Positions 28,100 to 42,400 of a DNA stretch of 64,000 nt are shown one piece after another (positions within the stretch are counted from its first letter, which is position 1; every line of letters begins with the position of its first letter). Source of the DNA: the human T2T-CHM13v2.0 reference genome, Homo sapiens; assembly GCF_009914755.1 (NCBI RefSeq), contig NC_060928.1; one strand, 5' to 3'. Both the position numbers and the translations under genes were made by a program. The notes beneath the pieces were generated by a model. That model was not told the DNA's origin, did not search any database, and saw nothing but the letters and a program-made list of their open reading frames with translations.

Positions 28100-29190
28100 T
28101 TGATATTTTATGTACAGTATGTAAAACATACTTTGGGTAGTTTGATATATTATGTACAGTATATAATACATACTTTGGGTACTCTGATATTTTATGTACA
28201 GTGTATAATACATACTTTGGGTACTTTGATATTTTATGTACAGTATATAATACATACATTGGGTACTTTGATATATTATGTACAGTATATAATACTTACT
28301 TGGGGTATCTTGATATTTTATGTACAGTATATAATGCATACTTTGGGTACTTTGATATTTTATGTACACTATATAATGCATACTTTGAGTACTTTGATAT
28401 TTTATGTACAGTATGTAATACATACTTTGGGTACTTTGATATTTTATGTATAGTATATAATACATACTTTGTGTAGTTTGATATTTTATGTACAGTATAC
28501 AATATATAGTTTGAGTACTTTGATATTTTATGTCCAGTATAAAATATATAGTTTTCCTAATTGATATTTTATGTACAGAATATAGTTTGAGTACTTTGAT
28601 ATTTTATGTACACTTTATTATAAATGTTTGGGTACTTTCATATTTTATGTACAGTATATAATACATACTTTGGTCTCTTTGATGTTTTATGTACAGTATA
28701 TAATACATACTTTGGGTTCTTTGATATTTTATGTGCAGAATATAATGCATAGTTTTAGGTAATTTTATATTTTATGTACAGAATATAATACATACTTTGG
28801 GTACTTTGATATTTTATGTACAGTATATAATACATACTTCGTGTACTTTGATATTTTATGTACAGTATATAATACATATTATTGGTACTTTGATATTTTA
28901 TGTACAGTATACAATATATAGTTTGAGTACTTTGATATTTTATGTCCAGTATAAAATACATAGATTTCATACTTTGATATTTTATGTACAGAATATAGTT
29001 TGAGTACTTTGATATTTTATGTACACTTTATCATAAAAGTTTGGGTACTTTCATATTTTACGTACAGTATATAATACATACTTTGGGCACTTTGATGTTT
29101 TATGTACAGTATATAATACATACTTTGGGTTCTTTGACATGTTATGTACAGCATATAGTACATAATTTGGGGACTTTTATATTTTATGTA
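28100..29190. repeat. ~1.1-kb module repeated at +4,528 (~32630-33720); its distal part is also related to ~19960-20560
   Basis: ORF offsets 28201->32729, 28797->33325 and 29041->33569 are all 4,528. Shared markers are TTTTCCTAATTG, CATAGATTTCATAC and CTTTATCATAAAAG. Confidence 0.75.
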
Positions 29191-32100
29191 CATTATATAA
29201 TACATACTTTGGGTACTTTTATATTTTATGTACGGTATATAATACATACTTTGGGTACTTTGATATATTATGTACAGTATATAATACATACTTTGGGTAC
29301 TTTGATATATTATGTACAGTATATAATACATACTTAGGGTACTTTGACATTTTATGTACAGTACATAATACATACTTTCGGTACTTTGATATTTTATGTA
29401 CAGTATATAATACATACTTTGGGTACTTTGATATTTTATGTACAGTATATAATACATGTTTTGGGTACTTTTACATTTTATGTACAGTACATAATATATA
29501 GTTTGGGTACTTTGATATTTTATGTACGGTATATAATACATACTTTGGGTACTTTGATATTTTATGTACAGTATATAATACATACTTTGGGTACTTTGAT
29601 ATTTTATGTACAGTATATAATACATACTTTGGGTACTTTGATATTTAATGTACAGTATATAATACACACTTTGCGTACTTTGATATTTTATGTAAAGTAT
29701 GTAATACATACTTCGGGTACTTTGATATTTTATGTACAGTATGTAATACACGCTTTGGGTACTTTGATATTTTATGTAGAGTATGTAAAACATACTTTGG
29801 GTAGTTTGTTATTTTATGATCAGTATATAATACATATTTTGGGTACTTTGATATTTTATGTACAGTATATAATACATACTTTGGGTACTTTGATATTTTA
29901 TGTACAGTATATAATGCATAATTTGGGTACTTCAATAGTTTATGCACAGTATATAATACATACTTTGGGTAATTTGATATTTTATGTACAGTATATAATG
30001 CATACTTTGGGTACTTTGATAGTTTATGTACAGTATACAATACATACTTTGGGTACTTTGATATTTTATGTACAGTATATAATATGTAGTTTGGGTACTT
30101 TGATATTTTAACTACAGTATATAATACATACTTTGGGTACTTTGATATTTTATCTACAGTATATAATAGATACTTTGGGTACTTTGATATATTATGTACA
30201 GTATATAATACATAGTTTGGTTACTTTGATATTTTTTGTACAGTATGTAAAACATACTTTGGGGAGTTTGATATTTTATGAACAGTATATAATACACATT
30301 TTGGGTACTTTGATATTTTATGTACGGTATATAATACATACTTTGGGTACTTTGATATTTTATGTACAGTATATAATTCATACTTTGGGTACTTTGATAT
30401 TTTATGTACAGTATATAATACATACATTGGGTACTTCGATATTTTATGTGCAGTACCCTATATATAGTTTGGGTACTTTGATATTTTATGTCCAGTATAA
30501 AATAAATAGTTTTGGTACTTTGATATTTTATGTACAGTATATAGTTTGAGTACTTTGATATTTAATGTTCAGTTTATTATAAATGTTTGGGTGCTTTCAT
30601 ATTTTATATACAGTATATAATACATACTTTGGGCACTTTGATATTTTCTGTACAGTATATAATACATACTTTGGGTACTTTGATATTTTATGTACGGTAT
30701 ATAATACATACATTGGGTACTTTGATATTTTATGTAAAGTATATAATATATAGTTTGGTTACTTTGATATTTTATATACAGTATATAATATATATTATGT
30801 GTACTTTGATATATTATGTACAGTATATAATATATAGTATGGGTTGTTTGATATTTTATGTACAGTATATAATATATAGTTTGGGTAGTTTGATATTTTT
30901 AGTACAGTATGTAATATATAGTTTGTTTTATTTGATATTTTATGTACAGTATACAATATATAGTATTGGTACTTTGATATTTCATGTAAAGTATATAGTT
31001 TGAGTACTTTGATATTTTATATGCAGTTTATTATAAATGTTTGGGTACCTTCATATTTTATGTACAGTATATAATACATACTTTGGGAACTTTTATTTTA
31101 TGTGCAGTATATAATACATACTTTGGGTACTTTGATATTTCATGTACAGTATATAATACACACTTTGGGTACTTTGATATTTTATGTACAGTATATAATA
31201 CACACTTTGGGTAGTTTGATATTTTATGTACAGTATATAATACATACTTTGGGTACTTTGATGTATTATGTACAGTATATAATACATACTTTGGGTACTT
31301 TGATATTTTATGTACAGTATATAATACATACTTTGGGTACTTTGATATTTTATGTACAGTATGTAATACATAATTTGGGTACTTTAATATTTTATGTATA
31401 GTATATAATACTTACTTTGGGTACTTTGATATTTTATGGACAGTGTATAATACATACTTTGGGTTCTTTGATATTTTATGTACAGTATATAACATATAGT
31501 TTGGGTACTTTGATATTTTATATACAGTATATAATACATACTTTGGGTACTTTGATATTTTATGTACAGTATATAATACATACTTTGGGTACTTTGATAT
31601 TTCATGCACAGTATACAATATATAGTTTGAGTACTTTGATATTTTATGTACTGAATAAAATATATAGTTTTCGTACTTTGATATTTTATGTACAGTATAT
31701 AGTTTGAGTACGTTGATATTTTATGAACAGTTTGTTATAAATGTTTGGGTGCTTTCATATTTTATGTACAGTATATAATACATACTTTGGGCACTTTGAT
31801 ATCTTATGTACAGTATATAATACATACTTTGGGTTCTCTGATATTTTCTGTACAGTGTATAATACATAATTTGGGTACTTTGATATTTTATGTACAGCAT
31901 ATAATACATACGTTGGGTACTTTGATATATTATGTACAGTATATAATACATACTTTGGGTACTTTGATATTTTATGTACAGTATATAATCCATAGTTTGT
32001 GTACTTTTATATTTTATGTACAGTATATAATACATACTTTGGGTACTTTGATATTTTATGTACAGTACATAATACATACTTTGGGTACTTTCATGTTTTA

Positions 32101-35100
32101 TGTACAGTATATAATATATAGTTTGGGTACTTTGATATTTTATCTACAGCTTATAATATTTACTTTGGGTAATTTGATATTTTATGTACAGTATATAATA
32201 CATACTTTGGGTAGTTTGATATTTTATGTACAGTATACAATATATAGTTTGAGTACTTTGATATTTTATGTGCAGTATAAAATATATAGTGTTGGTACTT
32301 TGATGTTTTATGTACAGTATATATTTTGAGTACTTTGATATTTTGTGTACAGTTTATTATAAATGTTTGGGTACTTTCATATTTGATGTACAGTATATAA
32401 TACATAATTTGGGCACTTTGATATTTTATGTACAGTATATAATACATACTTTGGGTACTTTTATATTTTATGTACAGTATATAATACATACTCTGGGCAC
32501 TTTGATATTTAATGTACAGTATATAATACACACTTTGCGTACTTTGATATTTTATGTAACGTATGTAATACATACTTTGGGTAGTTTGATATTTTATGTA
32601 CAGTATGTAATACACACTTTGGGTAATTTGATATTTTATGTACAGTATGTAAAACATACTTTGGGTAGTTTGATATATTATGTACAGTATATAATACATA
32701 CTTTGGGTACTCTGATATTTTATGTACAGTGTATAATACATACTTTGGGTACTTTGATATTTTATGTACAGTATATAATACATACATTGGGTACTTTGAT
32801 ATATTATGTACAGTATATAATACTTACTTGGGGTATCTTGATATTTTATGTACAGTATATAATGCATACTTTGGGTACTTTGATATTTTATGTACAGTAT
32901 ATAATGCATACTTTGAGTACTTTGATATTTTATGTACAGTATGTAATACATACTATGGGTACTTTGATATTTTATGTATAGTATATAATACATACTTTGT
33001 GTAGTTTGATATTTTATGTACAGTATACAATATATAGTTTGAGTACTTTGATATTTTATGTCCAGTATAAAATATATAGTTTTCCTAATTGATATTTTAT
33101 GTACAGAATATAGTTTGAGTACTTTGATATTTTATGTACACTTTATTATAAATGTTTGGGTAATTTCATATTTTATGTACAGTATATAATACATACTTTG
33201 GTCTCTTTGATGTTTTATGTACAGTATATAATACATACTTTGTGTTCTTTGATATTTTATGTGCAGAATATAATGCATAGTTTTAGGTACTTTTATATTT
33301 TATGTACAGTATATAATACATACTTTGGGTACTTTGATATTTTATGTACAGTATATAATACATACTTTGGGTACTTTGATATTTTATGTACAGTATATAA
33401 TACATATTATTGGTACTTTGATATTTTATGTACAGTATACAATATATAGTTTGAGTACTTTGATATTTTATGTCCAGTATAAAATACATAGATTTCATAC
33501 TTTGATATTTTATGTACAGAATATAGTTTGAGTACTTTGATATTTTATGTACACTTTATCATAAAAGTTTGGGTACTTTCATATTTTACGTACAGTATTT
33601 AATACATACTTTGGGCACTTTGATGTTTTATGTACAGTATATAATACATACTTTGGGTTCTTTGATATGTTATGTACAGCATATAGTACATAATTTGGGG
33701 ACTTTTATATTTTATGTACATTATATAATACATAATTTGGGGACTTTTATATTTTATGTACATTATATTATACATACTTTGGGTACTTTTATATTTTATG
33801 TACGGTATATAATACACACTTTGGGTACTTTGATATATTATGTACAGTATATAATACATACTTTGGGTACTTTGATATATTATGTACAGTATATAATACA
33901 TACTAAGGGTACTTTGACATTTTATGTACAGTACATAATACATACTTTGGGTACTTTGATATTTTATGTACAGTATATAATGCATACTTTGGATACTATG
34001 ATATTTTATATACAGTATATAATACATACTTTGGGTACTTTTATATTTTATGTACAGTATATAATATATAGTTTGGGTACTTTGATATTTTATGTACGGT
34101 ATATAATACATACTTTGGGTACTTTGATATTTTATGTACAGTATATAATACATACTTTGGGTACTCTGATATTTTATGTACAGTATACAATATATAGTTT
34201 GAATACTTTGATATTTTATGTACTGTATAAAATATATAGTTTTCGTACTTTGATATTTTATGTACAATATATAGTTTGAGTACTTTGATATTTTATGTAC
34301 AGTTTTTTATAAATGTTTCGGTGCTTTCATATTTTATGTACAGTATATAATACATACAAAGGGCACTTTGATATTTTATGTACAGTATATAATACATACT
34401 TTGGGTACTCTGATATTTTATGTACAGTGTATAATACATACTTTGGGTACTTTGATATTTTATGTACAATATATAATACATACGTTGGGAACTTTGTTAT
34501 ATTATGTACAGTATATAATACATACTTTGGGTACTTTGATATTTTATCTACAGTATACAACACATAGTTTGTGTACTTTGATATTTTAGGTACAGTATAT
34601 AATACATACTTTGGGTACTTTGATATTTTATGTACAGTATATAATACATACATTGGGTACTTTCATATTTTATGTACAGTATATAATATATAGTTTGGTT
34701 ACTTTGATATTTCATCTACAGCTTATAATACATACTTTGGATACTTTGATACTTTATGTACAGTATATAATACATAATTTGGGTACTTTGTTATTTTATG
34801 TACAGTATACAATATATAGTTTGAGTACTTTGATATTTTATGTGCAGTATAAAATATATAGTTTTGGTACTTTCATATTTTATGTACAGTATATAGTTTG
34901 AATACTTTGATATTTTATGTACAGTTTTTTATAAATGTTTGGGTGCTTTCATATTTTATGTACAGTATATAATACATACTAAGGGCACTTTGATATTTTA
35001 TGTACAGTATATAATACATACCTTGGGTACTTTGATATTTTATGTACAGTATATAATACATAGTTTGGGTATTTTGATACTTTATGTACAGTATATAATA

Positions 35101-36475
35101 CATACTTTGGGTACTTTGATATTTTATGTACAGTATATAATACATACTTTGGGAACTTTGATATTTTATGTACAGTATGTAGAACATACTTTGGGTACTT
35201 TGATATTTTATGTACAGGATATAATGCATACTTTGGGTACTTTGATAGTTTATGTACAGTATATAATACATACTTTGGGTACTTTGATATTTTATGTATA
35301 GTATAAAATATATAGTTTGGGTACTTTGATATTTTATGTACAGTATGTAAAACATACTTTGGGGAGTTTGATATTTTATGTACAGTATGTAAAACATACT
35401 TTGGGGAGTTTGATATTTTATGAACAGTATATAATACACATTTTGTGTACTTTGATATTTTATGTAAAGTATATAATACATACTTTGGGTACTTTGATAT
35501 TTTATGTACAGTATATATTACATACTTTGGGTACTTTGATATTTTATGTACAGTATACAATATATAGTTTGAGTACTTTGATATTTTATGTACTGTATAA
35601 AATATATAGTTTTGGTACTTTGATATTTTATGTACAGTATATAGTTTGAGTACTTTGATATTTTATGTACAGTTTGTTATAAATATTTTGGTGCTTTCAT
35701 ATTTTATGTACTGTATATAATACATGCTTTGGGCACTTTGATATTTTATGTACAGTATATAATACATACTTTGGGTAATCTGATATTTTATGTACAGTGT
35801 ATAATATATACTTTGGGTACTTTGATATTTTATGTACACTATATAATACATACTATTGGTACTTTGATATTTTATGTACAGTATACAATATATAGTTTGA
35901 GTACTTTGATATTTTATGTCCAGTATAAAATATACAGATTTCGTACTTTGATATTTTATGTACAGAATATAGTTTGAGTACTTTGATATTTTATGTACAC
36001 TTTATTATAAAAGTTTGGGTACTTTCATATTTTACGTACAGTATATAATACATACTTTGGGCACTTTGATGTTTTATGCACAGTATATAATACATACTTT
36101 GGGTACTTTTATATTTTATGTACAGTATATAATACATAGTTTGGGTACTTTGATATTTAATATACAGTATATAATGCACACTTTGCGTACTTTGATATTT
36201 TATGTAAAGTATGTAATACATACTTTGGGTAGTTTGATATTTTATGTACAGTATGTAATACACACTTTGGGTACTTTGATATTTTATGTACAGTATGTAA
36301 AACATACTTTGGGTAGTTTGATATATTATGATCAGTATATAATACACATTTTGGGTACTTTGATATTTTATGTACAGTGTATAATACATACTTTGGGTAC
36401 TTTGATATTTTATGTACAGGATATAATGCATACTTTGGGTACTTTGATAGTTTATGTACAGTATATAATACTTAC

Positions 36476-39400
36476 TTTGGGTACTTTGATATTTTATATA
36501 TAGTATAAAATATATAGTTTGGGTAGTTTGATACTTTAAGTATAGTATATGATACATATTTTTAGTACTTAGATATTTTATCTACAGTGTATAATAAATA
36601 CTATGGGTACTTTGATATATTATGTACAATAGATAATACATGCTTTGGGTACTTTGATATTTTATGTACAGTATATAATACATACTTTGGGTACTTTGAT
36701 ATTTTATGTACAGTATATAATACATACATTGGGTGCTTTCATATTTCATGTACACTATATAATATATAGTTTGGGTACTTTGGTATATTATGTACTGTAT
36801 ATAATACATACTTTGAGTATTTTGATATTTTATGTACAGTATATAATACATACTTTGGGTACTTTGATATTTTATGTACAGTATATAATGCATAATTTGG
36901 GTACTTCAATAGTTTATGCACAGTATATAATACATACTTTGGGTAATTTGATATTTTATGTACAGTATATAATGCATACTTTGGGTACTTTGATAGTTTA
37001 TGTACAGTATACAATACATACTTTGGGTACTTTGATATTTTATGTACAGTATATAATATGTAGTTTGGGTACTTTGATATTTTAACTACAGTATATAATA
37101 CATACTTTGGGTACTTTGATATTTTATCTACAGTATATAACAGATACTTTGGGTACTTTGATATATTATGTACAGTATATAATACATAGTTTGGTTACTT
37201 TGATATTTTTTGTACAGTATGTAAAACATACTTTGGGGAGTTTGATATTTTATGAACAGTATATAATACACATTTTGGGTACTTTGATATTTTATGTACG
37301 GTATATAATACATACTTTGGGTACTTTGATATTTTATGTACAGTATATAATTCATACTTTGGGTACTTTGATATTTTATGTACAGTATATAATACATACT
37401 TTGGGTACTTTGATATTTTATGTACAGTATATAATACATACTTTGGGTACTTTGATATTTTATGTACAGTATATAATACATACTTTGGGTATCTTGATAT
37501 TTTATGTACAGTATATAATGCATACTTTGCGTACTTTGATATTTTATGTACAGTATATAATGCATACTTTGGGTACTTTGATATTTTATGTACAGCATGT
37601 AATACATACTTTGGGTACTTTGATATTTTATGTATAGTATATAATACATACTTTGTGTAGTTTGATATTTTATGTACAGTATACAATATATAGTTTGAGT
37701 ACTTTGTTATTTTATGTGCAGTATAAAATATATAGTTTTCGTAATTGATATTTTATGTACAGAATATAGTTTGAATACTTTGATATTTTATGTACACTTT
37801 ATTATAAATGTTTGGGTACTTTCATATTTTATGTACAGTATATAATACATACTTTGGTCTCTTTGATGTTTTATGTACAGTATATAATACATACCTTGGG
37901 TTCTTTGATATTTTATGTGCAGAATATAATGCATAGTTTTAGGTACTTTTATATTTTATGTACAGTATATAATACATACTTTGGGTACTTTGATATTTTA
38001 TGTACAGTATATAATACATACTTTGGGTACTTTGATATTTTATGTACAGTATATAATACATACTTTGGGTACTTTGATATTTTATGTACAGTATATAATA
38101 CATACATTGGGTACTTCGATATTTTATGTGCAGTACCCTATATATAGTTTGGGTACTTTGATATTTTATGTCCAGTATAAAATAAATAGTTTTGGTACTT
38201 TGATATTTTATGTACAGTATATAGTTTGAGTACTTTGATATTTAATGTTCAGTTTATTATAAATGTTTGGGTGCTTTCATATTTTATATACAGTATATAA
38301 TACATACTTTGGGCACTTTGATATTTTCTGTACAGTATATAATACATACTTTGGGTACTTTGATATTTTATATACGGTATATAATACATACATTGGGTAC
38401 TTTGATATTTTATGTACAGTATATAATATATAGTTTGGTTACTTTGATATTTTATATACAGTATATAATATATATTATGTGTACTTTGATATATTATGTA
38501 CAGTATATAATATATAGTATGGGTTGTTTGATATTATATGTACAGTATATAATATATAGTTTGGGTAGTTTGATATTTTTAGTACAGTATGTAATATATA
38601 GTTTGTTTTATTTGATATTTTATGTACAGTATACAATATATAGTATTGGTACGTTCATATTTCATGTAAAGTATATAGTTTGAGTACTTTGATATTTTAT
38701 ATGCAGTTTATTATAAATGTTTTGGTACTTTCATATTTTATGTACAGTATATAATACATACTTTGGGAACTTTTATTTTATGTGCAGTATATAATACATA
38801 CTTTGGGTACTTTGATATTTCATGTACAGTATATAATACACACTTTGGGTATTTTGATATTTTATGTACAGTATATAATACACACTTTGGGTACTTTGAT
38901 ATTTTATGTACAGTATATAATACATACTTTGGTACTTTTATGTTTCATGTACAGTATATAATATATAGTTTGGGTACTTTGATATTTTATGTACAGTATA
39001 TAATACATAGTTTGGGTATTTTGATATTTTATGTACAGTGTATAATACATACTTTGGGTACTTTGATATTTTATGTACAGTATGTAATATATAGTTTGGG
39101 TACTTTGATATTTTATGTGCAGTATATAACACATACTTTCGGTAGTTGGATATTTTATGTACAGTATATAATACATACTTTCGGTACTTCGATATTTGAT
39201 GTACAGTATACTATATATAGATGGGTACTTTGATATTTTATGTCGGGTATAAAATAAATAGTTTTGGTACTTAGATATTTTATGTACAGTATATAGTTTG
39301 AGTACTTTGATATTTTATGTACAGTTTGTTATAAATGGGTGCTTTCATATTTTATGTACAGTATATAATACATACTATGGGCACTTTGATATTTTATGTA

Positions 39401-42400
39401 CAGTATATAATACATACTTTGGGTACTTTGATATTTTATGCACACTACATAATACATACTTTGGGTACTTTGATATTTTATGTACAGTATGTAATACATA
39501 ATTTGGGTACTTTTATATTTTATGTATAGTATATAATACTTACTTTGGGTACTTTGATATTTTATGGACAGTGTATAATACATACTTTGGGTACTTTGAT
39601 ATTTTATGTACAGTATATAACATATAGTGTGGGTAATTTGATATTTTATATACAGTATATAATACATAATTTGGGTACTTTGATATTTTATGTACAGTAT
39701 ATAATACATACTTTGGGTACTTTGATATTACATGCACAGTATACAATATATAGTTTGAGTACTTTGATATTTTATGTACTGTATAAAATATATAGTTTTG
39801 GTACTTTGATATTTTATGTACAGTATATAGTTTGAGTACTTTGATATTTTATGTACAGTTTGTTATAAATGTTTGGGTGCTTTCATATTTTATGTACAGT
39901 ATATAATACATACTTTGGGCACTTTGATATCTTATGTACAGTATATAATACATACTTTGGGTTCTCTGATATTTTCTGTACAGTGTATAATACATACTTT
40001 GGGTACTTTGATATTTTATGTACAATATATAATACATACGTTGGGAACTTTGATATATTATGTACAGTATATAATACATACTTTGGGTACTTTGATATTT
40101 TATCTACAGTATACAACACATAGTTTGTATACTTTGATATTTTATGTACAGTATATAATACATACTTTGGGTACTTTGATATTTTATGTATAGTACATAA
40201 TACATACTTTGGGTATTTTCATATTTTATGTACAGTATATAATATATAGTTTGGTTACTTTGATATTTTATCTACAGTTTATAATACATACTTTGGATAC
40301 TTTGAAACTTTATTTACAGTATATAATACGTAATTTGGGTACTTTGATATTTTATGTACAGTATACAATATATAGTTTGAGTACTTTAATATTTTATGTG
40401 CAGTATAAAATATATAGTTTTGATACTTTCATATTTTATGTACAGTATATAGTTTGAGTACTTTGATATTTTATGTACAGTTTTTTATAAATGTTTGGGT
40501 GCTTTCATATTTTATGTACAGTATATAATACATACTAAGGGCACTTTGATATTTTATGTACAGTATATAATACATACTTTGGGTACTTTGATATTTTATG
40601 TACGTCATATAATATATAGTTTGGGTACTTTGATATTTTATGTACAGTATATAATACATACCTTGGGTACTTTGATATTTTATGTACAGTATATAATATA
40701 TAGTTTGGGTATTTTGATATTTTATGTACAGTATATAATACATACTTTGGGTACTTTGATATTTTATGTACAGTATATAATACATACTTTGGGAACTTTG
40801 ATATTTTATGTACAGTATGTAAAACATACTTTGGGTACTTTGATATTTTATGTACAGGATATAATGCATACTTTGGGTACTTTGATAGTTTATGTACTGT
40901 CTATAATACATACTTTGGTTACTTTGATATTTTATGTATAGTATAAAATATATAGTTTGGGTACTTTCATATTTTATGTACAGTATGTAAAAGATACTTT
41001 GGGGAGTTTGATATTTTATGTACAGTATGTAAAACATACTTTGGGGAGTTTGATATTTTATGAACAGTATATAATACACATTTTGTGTACTTTGATATTT
41101 TGTGTACAGTATATAATACATACTTTGGGTACTTTCATATTTTATGTACAGTATATATTACATACTTTGGGTACTTTGATATTTTATGTACAGTATACAA
41201 TATATAGTTTGGGTACTTTGATATTTTATGTACTGTATAAAATATATAGTTTTGGTACTTTGATATTTTATGTACAGTATATAGTTTGAGTACTTTGATA
41301 TTTTATGTACAGTTTGTTATAAATATTTTGGTGCTTTCATATTTTATGTACTGTATATAATACATGCTTTGGGCACTTTGATATTTTATGTACAGTATAT
41401 AATACATACTTTGTGTACTCTGATATTTTATGTACAGTGTATAATACATACTTTGGGTACTTTGATATTTTATGTACAGTATATAATACATACATTGGGT
41501 ACTTTGATATATTATGTACAGTATATAATACTTACTTGGGGTACTTTGATATTTTATGTACAGTATATAATACATAGTTTGTGTACTTTGATATTTTATG
41601 TACAGTATATAATACATACTTTGGGTACTTTGATATTTTATGTACAGTATATAATACATACTTTGGGTACTTTCATATTTCATGTACAGTTTATAATATA
41701 TAGTTTGGGTACTTTGGTATATTATGTACTGTATATAATACATTCTTTGGGTACTTTGATATTTTATGTACAGTATATAATACATACTTTGGGTACTTTG
41801 ATATTTTATGTACAGTATAAAATATATACTTTGACTACTTTGATATTTTATGTCCAGTATAGAATATATATTTTTGGTACTTTGATATTTTATGTACAGT
41901 ATATACTTTGAGTACATTGATATTTTATGTACACTTTATTATAAATGTTTGGATACTTTCATATTTTATGTACAGTATATAATACATACTTTGGGCACTT
42001 TGATATTTTATGTACAGTATACAATACATACTTTGGGTACTTTGATATTTTATGTACAGTATATAATACATAATTTGGGTACTTTGATATTTTATGTACA
42101 GTATATAATGCATACTTTGGGTACTTTGATGTTTTATGTACAGTATATAATACATACTTAGGGTACTTTGACATTTTATGTGCAGTACATAATACATACT
42201 TTGGATACTTTGTTATTTTAAATACAGTATGTAATACATATTTTGGGTACTTTGATATTTTATGTACAGTATATAATACATACTTTGATACTTTTATATT
42301 TCATGTACAGTATAAAATATATAGTTTGGGTACTTTGATATTTTATGTACAGTATATAATACCTACTTTGGGTACTTTGATATTTTATGTACAGTATATA

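Larger units (their letters stand above)
1..36475. repeat. Macro-repeat copy 1 (36,475-bp period; phase set arbitrarily by the window start)
   Basis: Positions 1-978 recur at +36,475. ORFs 107/112/170/264/632 map to 36582/36587/36645/36739/37107, and the distinctive diverged string GTTTGATACTTTAAGTATAGTATATGATACATATTTTTAGTACTTAG is seen only near 51 and near 36526. Confidence 0.9.
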
